From: a virus
Taxonomy: Duplodnaviria; Caudoviricetes
Length of the DNA stretch: 52,815 nucleotides
IMG/VR virus record: IMGVR_UViG_3300016667_000948
Coordinates: 1 to 52,815 of that record
Reading direction: 5' to 3' (one strand)
Positions 19,101 to 27,246 of this stretch are shown piece by piece. Under the pieces are notes generated by a model. That model ran no database searches. It was not told the DNA's origin and saw nothing but the letters and a program-made list of their open reading frames with translations. Position 1 is the first letter of the stretch, and each line of letters starts with the position of its first letter. Made by a program: the position numbers and the translations under genes.

Positions 19101-20238
19101 TCTCGAGACAGCAATCTCTACAGAGCAAAACCGTGCAGAAACAGCAGAAATGTCTCTTGCAACAGCAATCTCCGCAGAAGCATCCGCACGCATTGTTGAT
19201 GTAGACGCAGAAGAATCTCGTGCAATGGCAGCAGAAGCTTCTATCGCAGCAAATCTCTCCACAGAGATTGTTGATCGTGTAGCAGCAGTATCTGGCGAAG
19301 CATCCCTTCGCACAGCCGCTGACGCTTCCCTTGCAGCTCTTATCTCTACCGAAACATCTGCACGCATTGCAGATGTTGACGCAGAAGAATCCAGAGCAAT
19401 GGTTGCAGAGGCTTCCCTTGGAACAGCAATCTCCGCTGAAGCTTCCACACGCCTTGCAGCAGATGATTCTCTTGCAGTTCGTGCAACCGATCTTGAAAAC
19501 AACAAGTATGACAAGACCGGCGGTCTAATCTCCGGAAACGTTTGGGTTTCTAACAACGTAAACGTCTCTGGTTCTATGACTGTTGCTGCTGGATTGGAAT
19601 CACAAGGCTACACAACACTTCCAGGCGCAGTATATGATCCATCAGGTCCAATTGATTTCGTTCCAGCAAATGGCGTCATGAACATTGACGTTTCTAATGG
19701 TGGATTGGTAATCACTGGAACAATCTCCGCAGGAGATGCAACCCTTGGTAACATCACCGGTGGAACACTTACCCTATCAGGACTTGCAGAAATGCAAGCT
19801 GGTATGCAAGTAACCGGATCTGCTGATTTCGGTGGCGATGTTGTAATGGGCGGCGTTAACGTCAAGCCAGTAGTTGAAGTTGTTCAAACATCTGGCGCTG
19901 CCGATGATGTAGACATTTCAACAATGTTCGGTGATCTCGCTGGCTTCACCGGTATGGTCATGGCTAACTTCCAAGTTGTCGCAATGGACAGCCAAGATGT
20001 TGGCATGGGCATGGCTGGTGAATACCGTGTATCAGCATTCTGCAATGGCGGTCTTATGACTGTCCTCTCCGTAGTAGAGCTTGCACAAGACCTACTCGGC
20101 GGCGCAGACCTTGATGTTAACTTCCTTACTGATGGTAAGGTAAGAGTAGCAAATGGTGCAAACGAAGCTGGCACATACAAGTGGCACGTTCAACGTGTCA
20201 AGATGGTCGCTGTCAACGCTGCTGGCGTTGCTAAGTGA
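16189..20238 (+). CDS. Long coiled-coil fibre protein (tail or head fibre)
   Basis: E..R...D.SL repeats of 11/18 aa; fibre motifs APAMLDTLNELAAALGDDPNFATT, YVNVSGDTMTG, KYDKTGG; ATG 16189 after AGGAG. Confidence 0.85.
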   Translation: MALTVNTVNYDNTFDTTMVLLNNPDGASFPTGQYLTVNNVSYEIVSSNGNVVTVNGNLIASQGDVVTVDAGFGGGPGVVTKKFVQQNDGLLGGSLTDLVADSILVNASGSIDMGGNQIHNVAEATAPSDVVVLSQLEAYVAAEISAADSVNDAEVSALGSRMTVAEAELDAEASIRAAADASLTSALSSETSTRLSATNSLHSKVVAEEVARLNADVSLESAISSEASRALAAEGSLSTRLSSEMSTEVSDRVAGDASVLAEAEAYTDQKIADLVDQAPAMLDTLNELAAALGDDPNFATTVLNAVASEASYRVAGDDSLQARFSTADASLATAVSAEASTARSAEAVLTSSISSEVAARESAIDNEASIRAVADASIVTAMEAADASLTTRVSAEESARAAAVSNEASLRSTADLSLATLIAAEISTEISNRTADVDAEQSRAESAELSLGTAVSAEVSARQSAVSAEAALRSAGDSALTVALDNEMNARMAEDSTLQGLIETEASTRLVADGLIYDEISTQVSTQNSARTAAVNSLASDLSSETSARVAAVSAEESARIAGDASLTARVSAEEVARGSAITAEASSRVAGDASLNTALAAETSNRLAAFTSIADVYVNVSGDTMTGQLTIDITEENGEDFGKTYINAGYIRIEDPNGDAAMPTALAHVVNKAYVDQEVAAEESARLSIAAVYSAAMSTQMSTEVVARIAGDDSVAALVSAEESRALLAEASIASNLSTEIVDRVAAVSTEASLRVVGDASLASDLADEETARTNADNSLAANISTEKARVDAILLASDADKDSFAEIVSLINAVDTTNDTAFANYVLSNNAALSSEVSRAESVEGSLNTALSSEISRATSAEGSLNSALSVEVSNRIADVDAEESRATAAEGSLQTRLSTEESTRLAGDNALSTELSTQMSSEASSRVAGDASLATAVSAEVSRAEAAEDYLDGLIAAETQNRIDGDNSLETAISTEQNRAETAEMSLATAISAEASARIVDVDAEESRAMAAEASIAANLSTEIVDRVAAVSGEASLRTAADASLAALISTETSARIADVDAEESRAMVAEASLGTAISAEASTRLAADDSLAVRATDLENNKYDKTGGLISGNVWVSNNVNVSGSMTVAAGLESQGYTTLPGAVYDPSGPIDFVPANGVMNIDVSNGGLVITGTISAGDATLGNITGGTLTLSGLAEMQAGMQVTGSADFGGDVVMGGVNVKPVVEVVQTSGAADDVDISTMFGDLAGFTGMVMANFQVVAMDSQDVGMGMAGEYRVSAFCNGGLMTVLSVVELAQDLLGGADLDVNFLTDGKVRVANGANEAGTYKWHVQRVKMVAVNAAGVAK

Positions 20239-20248
20239 TAATCCCGGC

Positions 20249-20317
20249 TATTAAGGTTAATCCTTAATAACTGAATAATCAGTATCGGGGGGTAGAAATA
20301 CCCCCCGATATTTTTTT
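20249..20317 (+). terminator. Rho-independent terminator preceded by a second hairpin
   Basis: TATCGGGGGGTA-GAAA-TACCCCCCGATA (20283-20310) followed by T7; upstream hairpin TATTAAGG/CCTTAATA (20249-20269). Confidence 0.92.
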
Positions 20318-20430
20318 GCTTACAATATATTGTGTATAATGTTATAAAGTTAATCTATATGTGGTGGTGTGGAACCCTACCAATTAGAAGAGGGTATATA
20401 ACCTAACTCCCATCATCTATACCATACTGT

Positions 20431-21618
20431 ATGGACAAACAGACTATTAAGAACTTTATCCTATCCAATGAACTATATCTCCTACCCCTACAGTCGGTAA
20501 AAGAAGGTAAATGCACGTGCGGTAATATATCCTGTAGCTCCCCAGGCAAACACCCACTATTGAGATATTCATGGAAACACGTAGCCACTAATGATTCTAA
20601 TAAGATTGAAAAGTGGTTAGGAATGGAGAACATCAATTATGGTGTAGCTACTGGAAGAAAGACCAGTAATGGCAACCGACTGTTTGTTATTGATATAGAC
20701 GCAGCCGATCATCCTCTATTGAGTTTAATGCCCCGAGAAACGTTTCATTACAGGACGGGTAGTGGTGGATGGCATTTCTGGTTTCAGACGCCTTATAACG
20801 TCTCTAATAGCGCCAGTAAGATAGCTCCACAGGTAGACGTAAGAGGTTATGGTGGATATGTTGTTATCCCTCCAAGTCGTCATATATCCGGAGGTGTATA
20901 TACTGCTGACTTTGATAATAGCATTCAGATTGCAAGCAAATATATTCTTGACCTGGTATTTTCAAAGGAGAAACGCATCAAGGAAGATAAAAAAATAAGG
21001 GAAGTTCAAAATTTAAATTTGGGCGCCCCAATTTTGATCAATGAAAACAATAATTTACAAGAATGGACCAAAGGATCCATTACTCAAATACGCTCGTGGC
21101 TGCTTGATGGTAAATATATTCCAAATGGAGCTCGTAACATAGTTCTTCACAGATTGTTATCTTCAGATAGAGCCCGAGGATTTAATCTTACAGATTTAAA
21201 GAAATCAGCTTCAATATATCGTTCTCATTGCGTTAATTCGGAGAATATCTCTGATAGAGAACTAAACGTATTAATTGGTCAAGTAATCAAATATCCAACT
21301 TACAACACATCACATGAGAAGGTTAATGAAGCTTTCTTTGATGCAATGAAGAGAGCAAAGAAGCCTGTATCAGAAGACAAACAAGAACTTATAAAAGATT
21401 TAGATAAGAAGTTCTTTGATAGTCTTAAGAGGAGTGATGAAGGAATGCCGCTAACTCTTCTTGTTAATGCCAGAGACAAATTGTTGGCTGATAACTTAGA
21501 TAAGTTTAGTAAGTATCCTCAACATTTATTTGCAGCTAAATTGAAGTCTCTTGGATTTGAAAGATATAGAACAGCAAAGGGAAACTTTTGGAATTGTGGA
21601 ATTACTGAAGGAAAATAA
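20431..21618 (+). CDS. Bifunctional DNA primase/polymerase (Prim-Pol, AEP superfamily) with PriCT-like region
   Basis: CTCG..SCSSPGKHP, VIDID, TGSGGWHFWF, VDVRGYGGYVVIPPS.H and GARN. Confidence 0.9.
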   Translation: MDKQTIKNFILSNELYLLPLQSVKEGKCTCGNISCSSPGKHPLLRYSWKHVATNDSNKIEKWLGMENINYGVATGRKTSNGNRLFVIDIDAADHPLLSLMPRETFHYRTGSGGWHFWFQTPYNVSNSASKIAPQVDVRGYGGYVVIPPSRHISGGVYTADFDNSIQIASKYILDLVFSKEKRIKEDKKIREVQNLNLGAPILINENNNLQEWTKGSITQIRSWLLDGKYIPNGARNIVLHRLLSSDRARGFNLTDLKKSASIYRSHCVNSENISDRELNVLIGQVIKYPTYNTSHEKVNEAFFDAMKRAKKPVSEDKQELIKDLDKKFFDSLKRSDEGMPLTLLVNARDKLLADNLDKFSKYPQHLFAAKLKSLGFERYRTAKGNFWNCGITEGK

Positions 21619-21621
21619 TAG

Positions 21622-21650
21622 TTTAAAATCACTTTATAGTGTGTTATATT
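21622..21650 (+). promoter_or_regulatory. Sigma70-type early promoter
   Basis: TTTAAA-17 nt-TATATT with extended -10 TG at 21642-21643. Confidence 0.6.
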
Positions 21651-21676
21651 AAACCTAAAGGAAAAGGTATCTGTAT

Positions 21677-22294
21677 ATGACGATGAAGATGGACCGTGAG
21701 ATTACTATTAAGCGTAGGAAGCATCCTTCTGCCCCACGTTATCCCGGTCGTGCAAATCAGGAACTTGGTTCGGCTATTACGAAGCTTCTATCCCTTTTGG
21801 ATATGGTAGAGCGAGAGCAGTTTGCAGATCGCACTCTTGTCCTTGACGAAGAGGGCACGGCAGTAGACTTTGATGCTGTTCTATCTGGCGATACTATTGG
21901 TGTTGCTTTGGAGTTTGAGGACGGATATCTTTCAACGCAGCTTAAGGTAGATAAGGTTCTTGATGATGTTATCTACGGTAAGGATATTTTTACCGAGGAT
22001 GATATTGAAGTAAGTTTTGAGGAAGCTTCTGCTGCCCGTGCAATGGGCTATTTTGAGATTCTTTATCGTCCTGATGCTGATGGTAAGGATGAACCTTATG
22101 GAGTCGAAACGGAAATGAAGGTGAAGATTATGGTTGAGGAACAGGATCCTGGCGATGAACACAAGGAGGAGGCGTCTACAACGCCCGAGGGCTTGCCGGA
22201 TAACATTGAGTCGGTCATTGGTGCATCCACAGATCCGGAGGCTCTAAAGGCGCTTCTGGAGGCACAGGAGAACGACAACGATGATGGAGCATAA
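21677..22294 (+). CDS. Acidic hypothetical protein
   Basis: 205-aa ORF with basic N-terminus and D/E-rich body; AAGG SD. Confidence 0.7.
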   Translation: MTMKMDREITIKRRKHPSAPRYPGRANQELGSAITKLLSLLDMVEREQFADRTLVLDEEGTAVDFDAVLSGDTIGVALEFEDGYLSTQLKVDKVLDDVIYGKDIFTEDDIEVSFEEASAARAMGYFEILYRPDADGKDEPYGVETEMKVKIMVEEQDPGDEHKEEASTTPEGLPDNIESVIGASTDPEALKALLEAQENDNDDGA

Positions 22295-22316
22295 TTAATC
22301 TCTTTAAGAGGTTAAT

Positions 22317-22514
22317 ATGTCTACCCCATTAGAGAAATATAGAGAAGCCGCAAGAACATTCATTCGTTCCAATAAAGATAAAGAAGCAATCTATCAATAT
22401 TCGGTTGCTGTATGGACCGCTACCATTCCAGGCAGCGGTCTTTCTTTTATGGACATTTCAAACGTTTTAGAACAAGAATTTAGTGACTACCTTAAAGAAG
22501 GAAACGAACATTGA
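22317..22514 (+). CDS. Small hypothetical protein
   Basis: GAGG SD and upstream ATAATTA; 4-bp overlap with the next gene. Confidence 0.65.
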   Translation: MSTPLEKYREAARTFIRSNKDKEAIYQYSVAVWTATIPGSGLSFMDISNVLEQEFSDYLKEGNEH

Positions 22515-23407
22515 CACTTAACGGTATACCAAAAGAGTTTTTTATTCCACCAGCTACAGAGGTAATCTTTGTGGCTGATTTATTTGCATCTGAATATATT
22601 GGTGGCGCAGAACTTACAACCGAAGCATTAATAAACAAATGCACGAAGCCATTTTTTAAGCTCCATAGCCACAGTCTAACACCAGCAATGGTTTCAAAAA
22701 ATAAAGACAAAACTTGGGTTTTGTTAAACTGGAAAGGAGCAGATATACAAGCGGTATTTGCTTTGTTTCAAAATTCATGTAAAGTATTCTTTGTTGAGTA
22801 TGATTACAAATATTGTCAGTTCCGGTCCAGCCATCTTCATAAGCTACAAACCGGGAAAGACTGTGATTGTCATACAAATCAACATGGCAAATTAATTGCT
22901 ACATTATATCAAGCAGCGCAGCATATATTCTTTATGTCCGAAAAACAAAAAGAACAATACGAACAACTCTTTCCGGAATTTAAGTTCAAAGCTACAGTTC
23001 TTTCCTCTATATGGAATGAGGAGGATATTCATAAGCTGAAAGAAATTAGGGATAAGCGTGTAAGCAATGGCAAGTGGGCAATTCTTAAAGGTGGTTCTTG
23101 GATTAAAAATCAAGCAGCTACAGAAGAATTTGCGAAAGCAAAAGGTGTTGCTTATGATTTAATTGGCGGCTTGCCGTATCAGGAATTCATAAACGAATTA
23201 GGAAAGTATGAAGGTTTAATATTTCATCCAGCAGGATTTGATACTTGCCCTAGATTAGTAATTGAAGCAAAGCTAATGGGTCTTAAACTAGATTTAAATC
23301 ATAACGTTCAACATAAAGATGAAGATTGGTTTAATGGATCAGAGATTGAAGATTATCTTTTAAATAGACCTGCTCATTTTTGGCGTGTTTTACAGGAAAA
23401 TAAATGA
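22511..23407 (+). CDS. GT-B fold glycosyltransferase-like protein
   Basis: GGAE N-terminal motif, IFFMS..QK, and FDTCPRLVIEAKLMG resembling the GT4 E-x7-E region. Confidence 0.72.
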   Translation: MTLNGIPKEFFIPPATEVIFVADLFASEYIGGAELTTEALINKCTKPFFKLHSHSLTPAMVSKNKDKTWVLLNWKGADIQAVFALFQNSCKVFFVEYDYKYCQFRSSHLHKLQTGKDCDCHTNQHGKLIATLYQAAQHIFFMSEKQKEQYEQLFPEFKFKATVLSSIWNEEDIHKLKEIRDKRVSNGKWAILKGGSWIKNQAATEEFAKAKGVAYDLIGGLPYQEFINELGKYEGLIFHPAGFDTCPRLVIEAKLMGLKLDLNHNVQHKDEDWFNGSEIEDYLLNRPAHFWRVLQENK

Positions 23408-23436
23408 TTTAAATCCATTAATAGATATGATATTCT
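23408..23436 (+). promoter_or_regulatory. Sigma70-type early promoter
   Basis: TTTAAA-17 nt-TATTCT with extended -10 TG at 23428-23429; same architecture as 21622. Confidence 0.6.
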
Positions 23437-23455
23437 AATAAATGGAGTTGAAGTA

Positions 23456-23596
23456 ATGACTATTGAACCAAAGCGTAGAACAGAATTTACACCAGAGACA
23501 GATGATGTTTTCTTTATTCCCGAGCGTGAGCCAAATGATCGGGAGCATTATGAACAGGATGCCGAGTGGCCAGACGAGGATGAATACCGTGAGTGA
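23456..23596 (+). CDS. 46-aa acidic peptide not in the ORF track
   Basis: GGAG SD 8 nt upstream; MTIEPKRRTEFTPETDDVFFIPEREPNDREHYEQDAEWPDEDEYRE; stop overlaps the next gene's GTG start region. Confidence 0.7.
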   Translation: MTIEPKRRTEFTPETDDVFFIPEREPNDREHYEQDAEWPDEDEYRE

Positions 23597-24602
23597 TCAT
23601 TTTTATAAGCCCTATGTTGATATCGGTTCCTTGGATTACAAGGACGTTTTTCTTGTTCCTCAATACAGCGAAGTAACCTCACGCTCCCAGGTATCTACTT
23701 CGGTAATAATTGGGGATATGAAGATTGATGTTCCTGTCATTTCTGCGAACATGGACACCGTTACCGCTGGTGAAATGGCTCAAGCTATGTCTGTTGGCGG
23801 TGGTATTGGAGCTATCCATCGTTTCATGGATATTAGCCAGAACGTTCGTGAGTTTGAGATTGCTCATGGTAATTTTCATCCCTGTTTTGTTTCTATCGGC
23901 GTTAACGAAGAGAGTAGGGATCGAGCCGTAGCACTTTATAATGCTGGTGCTCGTAACTTTGTTATTGATATTGCTCACGGTCATTCCCGCATGATGCGAG
24001 ATATGACTACTTGGCTTCGTGGCAAGTATTCAGATGTTTATATTATGGCTGGAAATGTGGCTACCGGTCAGGCTGTCAGGGATCTTGTTTCTTGGGGCGC
24101 TAATGCTGTTAAAGTTGGTATTGGTCCCGGCAACGTTTGCACCACGAAGAATGTTACTGGCGTGACAGTTCCACAGTTTAGTGCTGTTAAGGAATGTGCT
24201 AATGTTGTTCGTGGTATGCATAACAAGCCTCTAATTGTTGCTGATGGTGGTATTACTGAGATTGGTGATATTGCTAAGGCTCTTGGTGCTGGTGCCGATC
24301 TTGTTATGTGTGGCAGATTGTTTGCAAGTTGCCGTGAGGCTCCTGGTGAGCGTGTAGGCGGTAAGAAGGTTTATCGTGGTATGGCAAGCCGTGATGCTAT
24401 GTCAACAATTCGTAATCCCAACTCTCTTCCTACAGCAGAAGGTATTTCAACCCTTATTGATGCAAGTGAGCATAGCGTCATTGATGTAGTTAATCAGATT
24501 AAGGGAGGTCTGCAAAGTTCTTTCTCTTATTCAAATGCTCGTAATCTTGAAGAGTTCCATCTTAATGCTATGTTTGGAATTCGTCATACTCAAATGAAGT
24601 AA
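23589..24602 (+). CDS. guaC: GMP reductase / IMPDH-family enzyme without CBS domains
   Basis: SANMDTV, IDIAHGHS, GNVAT, KVGIGPGNVCTT, ADGGI, YRGMAS, AEG; no RY flap dyad, which favours GMP reductase; GTG 23589 with GAGGA SD. Confidence 0.8.
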   Translation: MSDHFYKPYVDIGSLDYKDVFLVPQYSEVTSRSQVSTSVIIGDMKIDVPVISANMDTVTAGEMAQAMSVGGGIGAIHRFMDISQNVREFEIAHGNFHPCFVSIGVNEESRDRAVALYNAGARNFVIDIAHGHSRMMRDMTTWLRGKYSDVYIMAGNVATGQAVRDLVSWGANAVKVGIGPGNVCTTKNVTGVTVPQFSAVKECANVVRGMHNKPLIVADGGITEIGDIAKALGAGADLVMCGRLFASCREAPGERVGGKKVYRGMASRDAMSTIRNPNSLPTAEGISTLIDASEHSVIDVVNQIKGGLQSSFSYSNARNLEEFHLNAMFGIRHTQMK

Positions 24603-24608
24603 TATATA

Positions 24609-25574
24609 ATGACCAAGTATCAACTACCACTTTTTGAAGATCCTACAACCCTTCCAACCGGAAAGCATCACGTTTCATATTCAGAGATTTCTGATTGGAT
24701 GGATTGTTCTTATCGTCACCGTCTTAAGCACGTTGAAAAGATCGTTCTTGGAAAGCCAAGTATCCATACAGAATATGGTCAGGTAATCCACGACGTTCTT
24801 GAGAACTATATTCTTGGCAAGCACGAGCTTAATGATGAAACGATTGCTGCTGCTACAAAGCAGTTTCGTGAGCATTGCGATAAGTTGAAGGCGGATCATC
24901 AAATTGAGGTTTCTGATAAGGACTTTAATGATTTTGCGGCTTCTATCCCACAGATTGTAAATGCAGTTCCAGCCTTTATGGATGAAACCTTCCCAGGTTG
25001 GACAGGTTTTGCAGCGGAGCACGCTCTATATGAGAGTGTAGCTGGTCAGACGAATAAGTGGTTTAAGGGCTATATTGACACCATCATTCGTATGCCCAAG
25101 AATACCCGTAAGAAGCGTGGTAGTTCGTTGCCAGATCAAGAGACAGAGAAGCCAGTTGTAATGCGCCTATCGGAGCTTGTAGGTCAGGTAGAGGGTGGAG
25201 AGAAACCAGAGTTTGGTGATGGATATGAGTTCTGGATTTTGGATTGGAAGACTACTTCATGGGGCTGGGATGCTATGAAGAAGAGGGATTTCCAGAAGCA
25301 GCTACAGCTTGTATTCTATAAGCATTATTTCTGCCGCCTATTCAATCTACGTCTTGATCAGGTTAAGTGTGGATTTGTCTTGCTTAAGAGAACGCCACGT
25401 AAGAGTGATAATAGCCGTTGCGAACTCGTCCCTGTAAGTGTAGGACCAAAGACCGAGGCAAAGGCTCTTGAGGTTCTAAACAATATGATTAATCAAGTAG
25501 CAAGTGGGCGTGCAATCAAGAACAGGGCTTCATGTAGGTTCTGTGATTATAACGGCACGGAGCATTGCACCTGA
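24609..25574 (+). CDS. PD-(D/E)XK nuclease, Cas4/AddB-like with 4-Cys Fe-S ligands
   Basis: SYSEI....DC, KGYID, ILDWKT, QLQLVFY and CRFCDY.....C. Confidence 0.88.
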   Translation: MTKYQLPLFEDPTTLPTGKHHVSYSEISDWMDCSYRHRLKHVEKIVLGKPSIHTEYGQVIHDVLENYILGKHELNDETIAAATKQFREHCDKLKADHQIEVSDKDFNDFAASIPQIVNAVPAFMDETFPGWTGFAAEHALYESVAGQTNKWFKGYIDTIIRMPKNTRKKRGSSLPDQETEKPVVMRLSELVGQVEGGEKPEFGDGYEFWILDWKTTSWGWDAMKKRDFQKQLQLVFYKHYFCRLFNLRLDQVKCGFVLLKRTPRKSDNSRCELVPVSVGPKTEAKALEVLNNMINQVASGRAIKNRASCRFCDYNGTEHCT

Positions 25575-25603
25575 TAACCAAAAAAACCGGCGTGAGATAA
25601 ACT

Positions 25604-25635
25604 ATCCTGTGAGCTGCAAAGCCACAGGATTTTTT
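25604..25635 (+). terminator. Rho-independent terminator
   Basis: ATCCTGTG(A)GCT-GCAA-AGCCACAGGAT followed by a T-tract. Confidence 0.8.
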
Positions 25636-25721
25636 ATGTTTATGATTTGGATGAATGCTGCTGTATTAGGAATAGCAGTTTTAATTTTTATTGGAACAAT
25701 AAGTTTAGGTAAGGGTAAAAA

Positions 25722-26237
25722 ATGAATATAGCATTTCGTACTTTGTTAAAATCACTTGGTCGTCCTGTTTATGGAATAATTCATGTTGGAACAAATCTTG
25801 GAGAACAAGGCAGAACGTATTCTGACAATGGAGTGAACCACGTGTTATGGTTAGATCGTAATCGCAATAATTTGTATGAACTATACAACAAAACAAAAAT
25901 GTTTCCATTGAAACAGCAATATATAACTGAAGTCTTTTTAGAGCGTGATATACCAAACGTTTCGAAAACGTTCGACACCTTTCAGAAAGAAAATATTGCC
26001 AAGATGCCAATTGAAGTCTATGATACTCTTATTGTTGACGTAGATGATGGAAGTGAATTTAAAGTGCTGCAAGGTTTTGAAAAAAATCTAAGTCGTTCTC
26101 CTGCATTCATTAAAAACGTTCATACAAAAGTAAGAGGGACAGGGGATATGGACAAATATCTTTCCCAGTTTGGTTTTAAGCAGGTTGTAAATAGTCTTAA
26201 CGAGATTGGCTGGGGCGATGCCCTATATTCCAGGTGA
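25722..26237 (+). CDS. Divergent FkbM-family methyltransferase
   Basis: IIHVGTNLGE, EFKVLQGF and WGDALY parallel the motifs of 30273-30911. Confidence 0.72.
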   Translation: MNIAFRTLLKSLGRPVYGIIHVGTNLGEQGRTYSDNGVNHVLWLDRNRNNLYELYNKTKMFPLKQQYITEVFLERDIPNVSKTFDTFQKENIAKMPIEVYDTLIVDVDDGSEFKVLQGFEKNLSRSPAFIKNVHTKVRGTGDMDKYLSQFGFKQVVNSLNEIGWGDALYSR

Positions 26238-26241
26238 TAAT

Positions 26242-27246
26242 ATGAAGATAAGTGCATACTGCACAACTCGTAACGCAGAAGAGATGGAATATCCATATTT
26301 GGAATCCATACGTAGTCATTTGGCTTTTGCTGATGAAGTAGTTGTATTTGACACAAGCGATGGTAAAGACAAAACGTTAGAAACGTTGCAGGAATTGGCA
26401 TCAGTTGAATCAAAGCTAAAGATTGTTCATAGTGATAAGATTGATTGGAATGCCCCTAATCATGGAGTATTCGATGGCTATGTAAAAACTTTATCTAGAA
26501 AGCAATGCACAGGAGATATTCTTTGGCAGTTTGATATCGATGAAGTTGTCCACGAGAAACACGTTACACTTATAAGACCATTAGCTGAAACATTATACAA
26601 ACAAAATGGTTTTGACCTAATGGCGCTTCCTGTTGTTGATTACTGGGGTCGAGAAGGAAAAGCCAGATTAGACGTAACCGTGTGGAAGTGGAGGCTATCA
26701 AAGAATAAGCCAGACATTATTCATGGGATCCCAATTCATTTGCGTAAGCATGAAAATGGATTGTTATATGCAAATCATGGAACAGATGGTTGCGATTATA
26801 TTTCTGCAACAACAGGAAATATTATACCGTGTGCTGGATATCTTCCTCCTGGTTTTGATCAGCTAAAGCACGCCGCCATTCGTGATGAAAAGCTTGTTCC
26901 AAAAGCTGAAAAGTTTTTGAATGAAGTATTGACTCAATTGCCCGGTGTACATCATTATTCTTGGTTTAACATAGAACGTAAGATTAGAAATTTTAGAACA
27001 TTCTGGAATGCATCTTGGAAGAGTCTTTACAACGAGGATAGAGACGAAAAGACAAATCCATTCTTCCCTGGTCTTACCTGGACAGAGATAACAGATGATA
27101 TGATTAAGCAAAAGGCTTTAGAGCTTGAGCAAGGAACTGGTGGACACGTATTCCATCGTCCTTGGGATGGAAGTAAAAATAATTCATATAGAGTTGAAAT
27201 GGGTCATCCGGATATAGTAAAAGATTGGATTGAGACAAACAAATGA
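26242..27246 (+). CDS. GT-A fold (GT2-like) glycosyltransferase
   Basis: MKISAYCTTRN, ADEVVVFD...D.T, CTGDILWQFDIDE (DxD) and HHYSW; ATG 26242 after AGGTG. Confidence 0.85.
   Translation: MKISAYCTTRNAEEMEYPYLESIRSHLAFADEVVVFDTSDGKDKTLETLQELASVESKLKIVHSDKIDWNAPNHGVFDGYVKTLSRKQCTGDILWQFDIDEVVHEKHVTLIRPLAETLYKQNGFDLMALPVVDYWGREGKARLDVTVWKWRLSKNKPDIIHGIPIHLRKHENGLLYANHGTDGCDYISATTGNIIPCAGYLPPGFDQLKHAAIRDEKLVPKAEKFLNEVLTQLPGVHHYSWFNIERKIRNFRTFWNASWKSLYNEDRDEKTNPFFPGLTWTEITDDMIKQKALELEQGTGGHVFHRPWDGSKNNSYRVEMGHPDIVKDWIETNK

Noticed and set aside
16195-20180. Many 65-170 aa antisense and alternate-frame ORFs over the long fibre gene
   Set aside because: Shadow ORFs caused by the repetitive, biased Ala/Ser/Glu codons; no SD or recognisable motifs
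20340-20430. Possible replication origin or small RNA before Prim-Pol
   Set aside because: Only a weak ACCCT/AGGGT pairing; no iterons or tRNA-like fold visible
23463-23588. N-terminal extension of guaC in the ORF track
   Set aside because: Better explained by a separate SD-led 46-aa ORF in another frame and a GTG start at 23589
24609-25574. CRISPR-Cas adaptation module
   Set aside because: Only a solo Cas4-like nuclease; no cas1/cas2 or array in the window
25636-25725. 29-aa hydrophobic mini-ORF (MFMIWMNAAVLGIAVLIFIGTISLGKGKK) overlapping the next start
   Set aside because: Plausible membrane peptide, but it starts in the terminator T-tract with no SD; not enough support
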